Assembly (NCBI GenBank): GCA_050506795.1
Contig: JBJHCF010000019.1
Location: 1 to 64,000 of the forward strand
Length of the DNA stretch: 64,000 bases
From: Opitutia bacterium
GTDB taxonomy: Bacteria > Verrucomicrobiota > Verrucomicrobiia > Opitutales > T3Sed10-336
Direction: 5' to 3'
A program made the translations under genes and the position numbers. Shown here piece by piece: positions 1 through 8,951 of this stretch (positions are counted from its first letter, which is position 1; every line of letters starts with the position of its first letter). The notes beneath the pieces were generated by a model. It was not told the DNA's origin. It did not search any database and saw only the letters and a list, made by a program, of their open reading frames with translations.

Positions 1-2
1 CG

Positions 3-284
3 AACGCGGCGTTGATGGGCGAAGGGCAGGGGTTGCCCAAGAGTGTGGTGGCGCGGGTAAAGGGGCGGGAAGGGGAGTTGAGCCTGCCGGAGGTGTTGCG
101 TTGCCGGGTGCGTTATTTCACGGCCGGAGCGGCGATCGGGACACGAGAGTTTGTGGAGGAGGTGTTGCGTCAGAACGCGGGGATGTTCGGCAAGAAGCGC
201 AAGAGCGGCGCGGTGCGAATGCGGGGGAAGGGGTTGCGAGAGTTTTACAGTCTACGCAATCTGCAGAAGGATGTGTTTGGTTGA
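3..284 (+). mobile_element. 3' end of an IS200/RAYT-like (Y1 HUH) transposase, truncated by window start
   Basis: C-terminal LRCRVRYFTAGAAIGTREFVEEV...RKSGA resembles the tail of long RAYT-like transposases; the catalytic HUH region is outside the window. Confidence 0.6.
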
Positions 285-893
285 GACCTGCGTCCGCGGC
301 AGGCCAGGGTGGATTTCAATTGATCAACGAGGTCCCGTTTTTTCGAGTGCTTGTAATGACCAATTGTTTTTGGGTCACGCGAAGCCGGGAAAAATCCCAA
401 GGTCGGGGGGCACTCTGAAAAAGGAAGAGATTAACCACGAAGCGCACGAAGCACGAAGCCGGAATCTGGATTTAGGGGACAGGATTTGGGACGGGGCAAG
501 TCGGCGAAAGGGGGAGCGGGTGCAGGAACAAAGAACTAAGCATGATTCTGATCCCGATTTCGGCTTGAGAAAACTTGCCCTGAACGACCAGTACTTTCGG
601 AAGGAGGATTGCCGATTCCGGGCGCCATTTCATCCACGACAGCCAAGGCCCTGCCAAACTCTTGTGATGGTTTAACATCATAAGAGCGGGCTTGGAGTCC
701 ATGGGTCCAAATCGGTCTTCTGGCCTGTGACTGTTGCAGGTGGAGCGTTTCGATAGTGTGGTGCTTCGCTTCCGGGGTTCTGCCAAAACTTCGTTGAGTT
801 CTGTGTGCTCATTCGTGATGCGAAAAGCACTATCTGGGGCATCGAAATAGTTTCCACTTGGCAAGGCGCTCGGGATACGCGGAATTGTTGGGC

Positions 894-1544
894 ATGCTGA
901 AGAAGGAGCGCGCCGCGTATATTCTTGGAAAACTGGAGGAACTGTATCCCGAGGCGCCGGTTCCCCTGAATCACGCCGATCCCTATACGTTGCTGATTGC
1001 CGTGCTTCTATCGGCTCAGTGCACGGACGAACGGGTGAACAAAACCACGCCCGAGTTGTTCGCCCGCGCGTCGACGCCGGAGGAAATGGTTCGCATGGAG
1101 GTGCCGGACATCCAGGCGATCATTCGTCCCTGCGGTCTGGCTCCGGCGAAAGCGAAAGCGATTCACCGGCTCTCCGAACTGTTGCTTGAGAAACACGGCG
1201 GGCGGGTGCCGGCGACCTTTGACGAACTGGAGGCCCTTCCCGGAGTCGGACACAAAACCGCTTCGGTCGTCATGGCCCAGGCTTTCGGGGAGCCCGCCTT
1301 TCCGGTCGACACCCACATCCACCGCCTGGCCCAGCGCTGGGGGCTGACCAGCGGCCGGAATGTGGTCCAAACCGAGAAGGATCTGAAGAGCCTCTTTCCC
1401 CGCGAGACCTGGAACAAACTCCACTTGCAGATCATATACTACGGCCGAGAGCACTGTACCGCGCGCGGCTGCGACGGCACCGTCTGTGAGATTTGCCGCA
1501 CCTGCTACCCCGATCGAAAACGTCCGGTACAGACCCGCAAATAA
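894..1544 (+). CDS. nth: Endonuclease III
   Basis: LLIAVLLSAQCTDERVN, HhH LPGVGHKTA, PVDTH, C-terminal 4-Cys Fe-S motif; ATG at 894. Confidence 0.95.
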   Translation: MLKKERAAYILGKLEELYPEAPVPLNHADPYTLLIAVLLSAQCTDERVNKTTPELFARASTPEEMVRMEVPDIQAIIRPCGLAPAKAKAIHRLSELLLEKHGGRVPATFDELEALPGVGHKTASVVMAQAFGEPAFPVDTHIHRLAQRWGLTSGRNVVQTEKDLKSLFPRETWNKLHLQIIYYGREHCTARGCDGTVCEICRTCYPDRKRPVQTRK

Positions 1545-1554
1545 GCGGAACAAA

Positions 1555-1608
1555 AAAGTTAAAATTTTAACTTTACATCCTGGCGTCATTCGGTTAATTT
1601 TTTAACCG
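1555..1608. promoter_or_regulatory. Twin palindromic operator GTTAA-N4-TTAAC upstream of the BlaI-family repressor
   Basis: AAAGTTAAAATTTTAACTTT (1555-1574, perfect 20-bp palindrome) and CGGTTAA-TTTT-TTAACCG (1591-1608). Confidence 0.7.
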
Positions 1609-1612
1609 GAAA

Positions 1613-2017
1613 ATGAAAAACACGTCCTCAACGAACGAAAATTCATCCGTCCTGAGCCGACGCGAGCGGGAGGTTATGGATGCGGTTTACTCGGTTGGGA
1701 AGGGGACCGTGACGGAGATTATGTCCGCCATGGTGGACCCGCCTTCGCGGTCTGCGGTGCGCACTTTTCTCCGGATCCTGGAGGAAAAGGGGCATCTTTC
1801 CCACACCGCTGCGGGTCGGGAGTTCGTGTACCGTCCGACCCGGCCGCGTGTGCGGGAGGGTAAGTCTGCTTTTCGGCGGGTCGTGGACGTGTTTTTCGAC
1901 GGTTCCGTGGAAAAGGCCCTGGCGGCGCATCTCATGGATCCGGATGCGAAATGGGACCGGGAAGACCTGGACCGCCTGGATCGGTTGATCGACGAAATAC
2001 GCAAGAAAGGAAAATAA
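1613..2017 (+). CDS. BlaI/MecI/CopY family transcriptional repressor
   Basis: LSRREREVMD, SAVRTFLRILEEKGHL, VFFDGSV; directly upstream of an M56 gene. Confidence 0.93.
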   Translation: MKNTSSTNENSSVLSRREREVMDAVYSVGKGTVTEIMSAMVDPPSRSAVRTFLRILEEKGHLSHTAAGREFVYRPTRPRVREGKSAFRRVVDVFFDGSVEKALAAHLMDPDAKWDREDLDRLDRLIDEIRKKGK

Positions 2018-2019
2018 TC

Positions 2020-4617
2020 ATGATGGAATTGTACCTCTACCTCATCCGGGCGCTGGAGCACCCGCCTCTGCTGTACCTTGCGGAACTGTTTTTCAAGGGA
2101 TTCGTAATTCTGTCCCTGGTCGCCTTGTGCGCCTGGAGTCTGCGCAAGGCCAGCGCCGCCACCCGTCACTTGATTTGGCTGGGCGGCCTAGGTGCGTTGC
2201 TGCTCCTGCCGCTTACGGTGCGACTCGTTCCAAACGTGCCGCTTCCGGCGATCGCGCTGGACACGCCTTCCGAGGTGTCCGCGGGTGTCGTGGCTTCCTC
2301 CTCGACAGTCTCTGAAGCCGCGGTGTCTCCGCGCACGGCGGAGTACGAGACGAGCGTGGTTTACGCCACGACGGAACCAGCCGCGCGCGGACAACCGGAA
2401 AAACGTGTTTCCCTTTGGCTGTTGGCGATACCCGCGATCTGGATCGGCGGTGGGCTCCTGACCCTGCTGCCGCTGGCGGGCGCGTGGTGGCGTCTCGGGC
2501 GTCTGGTCCGGCGAGGATGGCAACCGGCATCGCCGGAGTGGCAGACCCTTTTGCGGGAATGCCGCGAGTCTCTTGGAATCAAACGAAACATCCGCCTGCT
2601 GGAAGGTCCTGCCGGAACCATGCCCATGGCCTGGGGAATTCGGCAACCGGTCGTGCTCCTCCCCGCGGAAGCGGAGGTCTGGCCGGAGTCGCGGCGGCGT
2701 GCGGTATTGCTGCACGAACTCGCGCACGTCAAACGCCGGGATTGCCTGTCGCAGTTGGTGGCGCGGGTCGCCTGCGCGGTCCACTGGTTCAATCCGTTGG
2801 CCTGGTTCGCCTACCGTCGCCTTCTGGCCACCCGCGAGCGTGCCTGCGACGACCTCGTGCTGCTGGCCGGCGGGGTTCGGCCATCCGAATACGCCAAACA
2901 CCTGCTCGGCATCGCCCGCGCCTTCCGCACCGCCTTTCCCCTCGGCCAGGCCGCGATGCCGATGGCGCGGAATTCCGCTTTGGAAGGCCGCGTCCGCGCG
3001 ATCCTGAACGAGGTGCCGCGAACGGGCAGCGCGGGACGGAAGAGTATGTTGGTTGCGGTATTCACGAGTTTGACCGTCGCGGTTGGGGCGGGATCGATTG
3101 GTCCCGAGGCTGCGGCCGGGGACGGTTCGCCTGCAGAGGCGAATGTCGCCGGTGACTCGGGCAATTATCGAGAGAATGATGCGATGGACGAGACGTCGTC
3201 CCGCGGAAGGATTATATCCCGAGAATACAATGAAAGGGCCTACAATGCGGCACAGCCGGTACAAAAGTTTGAAATGGGTTATTGGACGTCGGACGACGAA
3301 TCGGGGGAAAGGGTCGAGAAGAGCGTCAGTGTTTTTACGACCGCGATGGACGAGGGTTTTTTCCGGAGCGAATCAGTCGAAGGATTAGCCCATCGTCAGT
3401 ACGGAATGCGTGTGGGCCCGGAACTCTTGCAGTGGAGCATGCAAATATTTAATCCTCCCCACACACGGACAGGCTACGCCTACATGAATGCAGTGAATGG
3501 CGAGCCGCTGTGGGAATTCGCTCCTTATGAGGGAGACGGTAATTTGTTGTCGATTTCGCGGAACGATCCGCCAATGGAATTTATCGGCATCGGTGATCCA
3601 CGTGCACCGGAGGTGTTCGGTGAGCGATTGGGCCAACGAAACCACACGGTGATTGTATCCGAAGGCGATATCCTTTTCGCCCGCCTGATCACGGACCCGG
3701 ATACGGTCTACGCGATCAGATTTGCGGAACAGGGGTCTTCAGGCTATCTTTTGCGTGACGAGAATCGTTCGGACTCCCTTTTGCAAGGCGCCGAATTTGA
3801 TCGGAATCATTTCGGGAGGCTTGGTATAATACGCGTTGAGTACATTGTATTTTCTCCCGAAGGCACCGATCCCGGTCGTTCGGTACCGGAGGCATCCAGT
3901 GTGCCTACACCGATCCCGGTCGGCACAAACGACGAGGAAACCTCCCGGGAATCGGCCTTGAACGTCGTCCCAACCTCGAATCCCGGGGACACCGAGGCGA
4001 TCTCCGGAAAAGACGGGGTTCCGCCGCTTCCACAGGTGTTTCTGGCTTTGGCCATACTTGAGGTGACTGATTCGTCCGGCTTTATGGATGACCTTGCGAG
4101 TCACGGGTTCGACCTGGAAACCGGCGAGGCGATCGCGTCGACCGAGTCCCACCAGAGGTTTCCCGAGGGGCGGAGCAACGGCATAAGTCACCAGATTACG
4201 GGAACGCGATCCGGAGGATTCAGCCGCGAGCGTTTGATTGAGATCGCGGAGCGGCCGGGAATCGAGATTCTCAGTCTTCCCTCAGTCAGTACCGTCCCAG
4301 GTAGGGAGGCCATGATTTGGATCGGGGGCGGCCGTGACGTTTTCCAGGATGACGGAGGAGAACTCGATCCGGGTATCCTCGCCCGTATGGTTCCTGCAAT
4401 TGCGGAGGATGAGGAAACACTGCGTTTGGAGTTACTCATGTCGGTAATCGGATCGAACTCCGACCAGGATGCGAACCGGGATTTCCGTCAGGTGAAACTG
4501 GATGACTTTGGAATTCGGGACGGAAGCACGGCGGTGGTCGGCGGGATAACCCAGGGCGTTCCAGACCTGGACCGGGCGATGTTTGTTTTCGTCACCCCCG
4601 AAATCCAATGGCCGTAA
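2020..4617 (+). CDS. BlaR1-type M56 metallopeptidase with C-terminal secretin-like domain
   Basis: N-terminal TM helices, HELAH zinc motif, WFNPLAW, RERACDD; C-terminus QVFLALAILEV..LSLPSVSTVPGREA..DGSTAVVGG..MFVFVTPEI. Confidence 0.88.
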   Translation: MMELYLYLIRALEHPPLLYLAELFFKGFVILSLVALCAWSLRKASAATRHLIWLGGLGALLLLPLTVRLVPNVPLPAIALDTPSEVSAGVVASSSTVSEAAVSPRTAEYETSVVYATTEPAARGQPEKRVSLWLLAIPAIWIGGGLLTLLPLAGAWWRLGRLVRRGWQPASPEWQTLLRECRESLGIKRNIRLLEGPAGTMPMAWGIRQPVVLLPAEAEVWPESRRRAVLLHELAHVKRRDCLSQLVARVACAVHWFNPLAWFAYRRLLATRERACDDLVLLAGGVRPSEYAKHLLGIARAFRTAFPLGQAAMPMARNSALEGRVRAILNEVPRTGSAGRKSMLVAVFTSLTVAVGAGSIGPEAAAGDGSPAEANVAGDSGNYRENDAMDETSSRGRIISREYNERAYNAAQPVQKFEMGYWTSDDESGERVEKSVSVFTTAMDEGFFRSESVEGLAHRQYGMRVGPELLQWSMQIFNPPHTRTGYAYMNAVNGEPLWEFAPYEGDGNLLSISRNDPPMEFIGIGDPRAPEVFGERLGQRNHTVIVSEGDILFARLITDPDTVYAIRFAEQGSSGYLLRDENRSDSLLQGAEFDRNHFGRLGIIRVEYIVFSPEGTDPGRSVPEASSVPTPIPVGTNDEETSRESALNVVPTSNPGDTEAISGKDGVPPLPQVFLALAILEVTDSSGFMDDLASHGFDLETGEAIASTESHQRFPEGRSNGISHQITGTRSGGFSRERLIEIAERPGIEILSLPSVSTVPGREAMIWIGGGRDVFQDDGGELDPGILARMVPAIAEDEETLRLELLMSVIGSNSDQDANRDFRQVKLDDFGIRDGSTAVVGGITQGVPDLDRAMFVFVTPEIQWP

Positions 4618-4687
4618 AGGACAGGGCGCTCGAATGGCAATTTCGATAATTTTGGCAACTCGCTGTTTACTGTGGGTTCCATGAGCC

Positions 4688-4744
4688 GGCTGAAGCACGG
4701 CACTACTCGGTAATGGCACTTTCACGTAGGTCCGTGCTTTAGAC
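4688..4744. repeat. REP-like inverted doublet (GTAG family)
   Basis: GGCTGAAGCACGGCACTAC ... GTAGGTCCGTGCTTTAGAC; related copy at 49404-49470. Confidence 0.6.
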
Positions 4745-4881
4745 AGGACAATTCCAGGGGCGCAAGTTCCCGGAAATCACTGCTTCGGAACTCACCTCAA
4801 ATAGCGAAGATCCATAATCTTGATCCGGAGTTCCGGTGAAGATGTAGGCAGCCGGGACAGGCGGCAGGGCGGGTGGAGAAA

Positions 4882-5200
4882 TCAAACCTTCCGGCACTCG
4901 AAACCACGGGCTTCCGCCAGGGCCAATTGATCTTTGTCGCGGGTAAGAAAGAGGTCCGGCGTGATTTGCTCCAGCAACGCGACATGAAGGAGATCGGCGC
5001 TGCGGATACGCATCCGGTTGCCGAAGGCCGCGCTCAGTTGGAGGCAGTCGCGGAAGGCTTCTTCGATTCGTCTTCCTGTAAAAATGTCAGGGTGTCGATT
5101 TCGGCTTCGATTTCAGCCGACGTCCATTTGAGACGTTTGGGACGAGTGACGATCGATCCACCTTCGCGGTCCTCGACCTGAAGCGATTCACTCGGCCGAA
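4882..5200 (-). pseudogene. Decayed toxin-antitoxin module: PIN/VapC C-terminal fragment preceded by a probable antitoxin fragment
   Basis: Manual minus-strand translation gives EEAFRDCLQLSAAFGNRMRIRSADLLHVALLEQITPDLFLTRDKDQLALAEARGF (stop 4882-4884) with no PIN N-terminus; an upstream frame reads SLQVEDREGGSIVTRPKR..EIEAEIDTL. Confidence 0.6.
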
Positions 5201-5233
5201 TTCAGTGCATGGAAATTCGATACCGGAAATGTC

Positions 5234-5337
5234 GAACCACGGAACACACGGAATACACGGAAGAAAGGAAGGGGAGGGTTCTGTATGCAGCTTGAGTACG
5301 CTCATTTTCCGTGTGTTCCGGTGGTATTCTGTGGTTC
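5234..5337. repeat. Imperfect inverted repeat built from CACGGAA units
   Basis: AACCACGGAACACACGGAATACACGGAA (5235-5262) versus TTCCGTGTGTTCCGGTGGTATTCTGTGGTT (5307-5336). Confidence 0.7.
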
Positions 5338-5601
5338 AAGAAAGTTTTCTCAGCCAACCGTTCCAGTGATTTATCGCCCCATGAATGATTCCAAAGAAGC
5401 GAATTTTTTTCATTTCTGTCTTTTTCCGCGGGTTTCTTTCGTCATGTGTTGAGAACACGCTGCAGGAGGCTGTCGGGCTTCTCCGACAGACTGCTGGCAG
5501 GACAAACATGAAATAGTGATATGAAACCCTCGAGAGTCCTAAAATCGGAAACGTTCTTTCGAATGATCTAAGTTCTGTAACCCACCAACCCATCCATCAT
5601 C

Positions 5602-5997
5602 ATGAACAAATACATCGACGGATTCGTCATCCCTGTTCCCAAGGCCAACATGGCCGAATACAAACGAGTCGCCACGCTCGCCTCCCAGGTTTGGCAGGAA
5701 CACGGCGCGCTGGAATATATCGAAGCGGTCGGCGATGATTTTCCCACCTGCGGAGATGAAGGCACGCCGGCGCCCGAACTGCTCGGCGCTTCCGAGGAGG
5801 AGACGCTTGTCTTTTCTTACATCGTTTACGAGTCGCGCGAGCACCGCGACGCGGTGAACGCCAAAGTGATGGAGGACCCCCGGATGGAGGAAATCTGTCC
5901 GGCGGTTAATGGCGTATTCGATGTCAAACGCATGATGTTCGGAGGCTTCCGGGTCATCGTGAACGCTGCCAAAGCGATGGAGGCGGTCCGATCATGA
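5602..5997 (+). CDS. DUF1428 (YbaA-like) protein
   Basis: YIDGFVIPVP, EHGALEY.E..GDD, SREHRDAVNAKVMEDPR, FDVKRMMFGGF. Confidence 0.9.
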   Translation: MNKYIDGFVIPVPKANMAEYKRVATLASQVWQEHGALEYIEAVGDDFPTCGDEGTPAPELLGASEEETLVFSYIVYESREHRDAVNAKVMEDPRMEEICPAVNGVFDVKRMMFGGFRVIVNAAKAMEAVRS

Positions 5998-6470
5998 AAC
6001 CCGTTACACCTTGCCTCTGGTTCGTCGGCGATGCCGAGGAGGCCGCGAAGTTCTACGTGTCGCTGCTGCCCGACTCGCGCATCGACGCGGTCTTCCGTTC
6101 GCCTTCCGATACTCCGAGCGGTCCCGCGGGGTCCGTGCTCACCGTCGAGTTCACCCTCAACGGCAGACCTTTCCTCGGCTTGAACGGTGACGAGGGAGCC
6201 GAGTACACGCACGCGGTCTCCTTCCAGATCCATACCCGCGACCAGGGCGAGACTGATCGCGTTTGGTCGGCCTTTCTGGCCAACGGCGGGAAGGAGGTTC
6301 AATGCGGCTGGCTGACGGACCGCTGGGGGCTTTCCTGGCAGATCGTGCCGGAGCGCCTTTCCGAACTCATCAAAGACCCCAATCCCGATCGCGCCCGCCG
6401 GGCGATGGAAGCGATGATGACCATGGTCAAGATCGACGTCGTCGCCCTGGAGAAAGCGGCCGGGTATTGA
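5994..6470 (+). CDS. VOC family / PhnB-like (3-dmu-9 3-methyltransferase family) protein
   Basis: TPCLWF, AEEAAKFY, QCGWLTDRWGLSWQIVP; ATGA overlap with upstream gene. Confidence 0.9.
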   Translation: MKPVTPCLWFVGDAEEAAKFYVSLLPDSRIDAVFRSPSDTPSGPAGSVLTVEFTLNGRPFLGLNGDEGAEYTHAVSFQIHTRDQGETDRVWSAFLANGGKEVQCGWLTDRWGLSWQIVPERLSELIKDPNPDRARRAMEAMMTMVKIDVVALEKAAGY

Positions 6471-6519
6471 TACTGCTTTGTATGGTTCTTACCGGATCCT
6501 TAAAACGGCCGAGATTGGG

Positions 6520-6614
6520 CTCACACGGAGCAACAAGGCACGGAGAGTTCAACCGGACCCGTCTCCGTGGGCTCTCACCGGCCTGAGTTCGTCGTGGGCG
6601 TAACTCCGTGAGAG
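6520..6614. repeat. Imperfect inverted repeat of CACGGAG/CTCCGTG units
   Basis: CTCACACGGAG..GCACGGAG ... CTCCGTG..CTCCGTGAGAG. Confidence 0.6.
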
Positions 6615-6787
6615 AACCTTCACAGTTCAGCAATGCTTTGAAACCGGGTGTGGTTTTTGGGAAACTTGCCAAAGTAGGATTAATTGAGAAAACGAAAATT
6701 CCGGCTGTCGTATCCCGCGGCGAACAGGATCGCTTGAAGATCCAAATCGGAATCTCTGTCGGATAAAGAGGGATTCGTCCTTGATTT

Positions 6788-6812
6788 CTTACAAAAATGT
6801 TGGTTTTGTAAG
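6788..6812. promoter_or_regulatory. Palindromic operator of the AbrB-VapC operon
   Basis: CTTACAAAA-N7-TTTTGTAAG ending 3 nt before the antitoxin ATG. Confidence 0.7.
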
Positions 6813-6815
6813 GAA

Positions 6816-7085
6816 ATGAAGCCGTTGCAGGCAAAAGTCACTTCGAAGGGCCAGGTTACTCTGCCCAAGGCGGTGCGGGAGTCGCTGGCGATCCAGACTG
6901 GCGACCGGCTTGATTTCGCGTTGGAGAAATCGGGGGTCGTTTTTATGCGCAAACTGCGGGCGGCGGGATCGTCCGCGGGCTGCGGAAAACGGTTCCTGCG
7001 GCCGGGACGGAAACCTGTTTCCGCCGGGGAAATGAAAGAGGCTGTGGCGGCGGGAGCGACGGGGCGGTTTCGTCGCGGTCGCTGA
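6816..7085 (+). CDS. AbrB/MazE/SpoVT-family antitoxin
   Basis: AKVTSKGQVTLPKAVRESL.I..GDRL.F. Confidence 0.9.
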   Translation: MKPLQAKVTSKGQVTLPKAVRESLAIQTGDRLDFALEKSGVVFMRKLRAAGSSAGCGKRFLRPGRKPVSAGEMKEAVAAGATGRFRRGR

Positions 7086-7099
7086 CCTTTTCGTGAACC

Positions 7100-7483
7100 G
7101 TGGTCGCTTTCGACACCAATTACCTCGTACGTCACATCGTCCAGGACGATGCCCGGCAATGCCGGACCGTCGCCAATACGTTGCGCGCGGAAATCGCGGA
7201 AGGTCGACCGGTTCTGCTGCTCGATCTCGTCCTGATGGAAACCTTTTGGGTGCTGGGGAAGTGTTACGGTTTCGACAGGGAGGCCTGGTGCGGGGTGTTG
7301 GAGGAACTTCTCTCCGACGCGGCCTTTACCTTCGAAAGTCCGAAGCGTCTGCGCAAGGTCCTGCAACGGTTGCGCATTGGGAAAACCGATTTTCCCGACG
7401 ATCTGATCCATGCCGCTTCCCTGGAGAGCGGACATTCCCTGGCGACCTTCGACCGGCGGCTGGGAAACGAAACGGGCGTCTGA
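7100..7483 (+). CDS. PIN-domain VapC-type toxin
   Basis: FDTNYLVR, ETFWVL, DFPDDLI, TFDRRL; follows the antitoxin. Confidence 0.88.
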   Translation: MVAFDTNYLVRHIVQDDARQCRTVANTLRAEIAEGRPVLLLDLVLMETFWVLGKCYGFDREAWCGVLEELLSDAAFTFESPKRLRKVLQRLRIGKTDFPDDLIHAASLESGHSLATFDRRLGNETGV

Positions 7484-7573
7484 CCTCGTATCGAGATCTT
7501 CGGTGGAAAATCGCTATTTCCGCGACATCGCTCTTGCCATGGGAGCGGTCACTCTCCTAAAAAGGGGACTTTG

Positions 7574-7650
7574 GGTCGCTTAGCTCAGTTGGTTAGAGCG
7601 CTACCTTCACACGGTAGAAGTCACTGGTTCGAATCCAGTAGCGACCACCA
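7574..7650 (+). tRNA. tRNA-Val (anticodon CAC)
   Basis: Acceptor GGTCGCT/AGCGACC, anticodon arm CTACC-TTCACAC-GGTAG, GGTTCGAATCC T-loop, encoded CCA. Confidence 0.97.
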
Positions 7651-7943
7651 CCGCGGGGGTGATCGGTTCACATCCCCGTCGTTTCAGGAAAGACACCCCG
7701 GCAGATACCTCGATGGCGATCCGGGAGCACCGGGATTGGTGTGGGTCGCGCGTGAACATTTTTTCAATTGAAAAAAATTCCTGCTTGCCTTCGATGGGTG
7801 GTAAAGGCACGTTTTTCCTTTTCCCTCGTTCCGCACTCGGCGGAAAGGGGACTTGAACGCAAATAGAACATCAACCGATTCGATTGACCTTCGAAGGGGC
7901 GAGAACCCTGGAATTCAATAGAAATTCTGAAAGGCAAGCACTT

Positions 7944-8894
7944 ATGGAAGTTACATTAAAAGACCTGCTCGACGCCGGCGTACACTTTGGCCACCAGCGC
8001 AGACGTTGGAATCCCCGTTCCCGGGAATTCGTTTACGGCCATCTCCACGGGGTATCCGTGATCGACCTGGAGAAGACACACGCCTGCCTGGAGAAGGCTG
8101 GCAAGTTCCTGGAAGACCTGGTGGCTGAGGGCGGCAATGTGTTGCTGGTCGGCACCAAGCGACAGGCCCAGGAATTGATTCGCGAGGCCGGGCAGGCCAC
8201 GGGTATGCCCTTCTGCGCCAACCGTTGGCTGGGGGGCGGTCTCACCAATTTTCAGACCATCAAACGAAGCCTGGCCAAGTATAAGAAGTACAAGGCCATG
8301 GACGAGGACGGTTCGCTCAGCAAGATGCACAAAAAGGAAGAGGCCGCGGTCCGCCGCGAGATGGCCCGGATGCATCGCAATTTTGAAGGCATGCTCGGTC
8401 TGGAGAAATTGCCGGCGGCGATGGTTGTGATCGACATCAAGAATGAGGAAATCGCGGTGGCCGAAGCCCGCCGTCTTTCGATACCGGTGGTCGGCCTGGT
8501 GGATACCAATGCCGATCCGAGCCTGGTGGATTATCCGATTCCTGGTAATGACGACGCCGTGAAGGCGCTGCGTATCATCGTGGACACCATCGTGGAGTTC
8601 ATTCAGGCCGGTCTATCACAGCGTGAAAGCCGCAACGCAAGTAAAGCGATTTCGGCGGCCACCCGTGAACGGATTGAGCAGACCACGGAATTCGAAAGTG
8701 TCGGCGCGGGCGAGGTGACCATTGAAGGAGAAGCGCTCTCGGATTCGCGTAAAGAAGCTCCCGCTCCCGCCGAGCCGGAAAAAGCATCGGAGCCGGTGAA
8801 GGAAAAGGCACCGGAACCGGCGAGCGAGAAAGCGCCGGAACCGGCTAAGGAAGACGCGGCCCCTGAGGAAGCTCCCCGTGAGTCCAAGGACTAG
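7944..8894 (+). CDS. rpsB: 30S ribosomal protein S2 with acidic Pro/Ala/Glu-rich tail
   Basis: LLDAGVHFGH, RWLGG.LTNF, PIPGNDDA; upstream of tsf. Confidence 0.98.
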   Translation: MEVTLKDLLDAGVHFGHQRRRWNPRSREFVYGHLHGVSVIDLEKTHACLEKAGKFLEDLVAEGGNVLLVGTKRQAQELIREAGQATGMPFCANRWLGGGLTNFQTIKRSLAKYKKYKAMDEDGSLSKMHKKEEAAVRREMARMHRNFEGMLGLEKLPAAMVVIDIKNEEIAVAEARRLSIPVVGLVDTNADPSLVDYPIPGNDDAVKALRIIVDTIVEFIQAGLSQRESRNASKAISAATRERIEQTTEFESVGAGEVTIEGEALSDSRKEAPAPAEPEKASEPVKEKAPEPASEKAPEPAKEDAAPEEAPRESKD

Positions 8895-8951
8895 TCCCGG
8901 TGAAGCACGCCATTTTAACTGAAACAACCCGTTCCTGCAGGCAGTTTTGAC

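Noticed and set aside
472..864. 130-aa minus-strand ORF between the transposase and nth
   Set aside because: No recognisable motif and atypical composition; may be decayed sequence
5234..5337. Possible mini CRISPR array
   Set aside because: Units are 7-10 nt, inverted, without unique spacers; no cas genes in the window
1..7650. Genomic island integrated at tRNA-Val
   Set aside because: No integrase, no duplicated tRNA 3' end seen, accessory genes lie on the 5' side of the tRNA and housekeeping nth is interspersed
7571..7771. Short ORFs overlapping the tRNA
   Set aside because: Spurious translations of tRNA-Val
7800..7943. S2 autoregulatory leader RNA upstream of rpsB
   Set aside because: Plausible from other bacteria but I could not identify the conserved structure by eye
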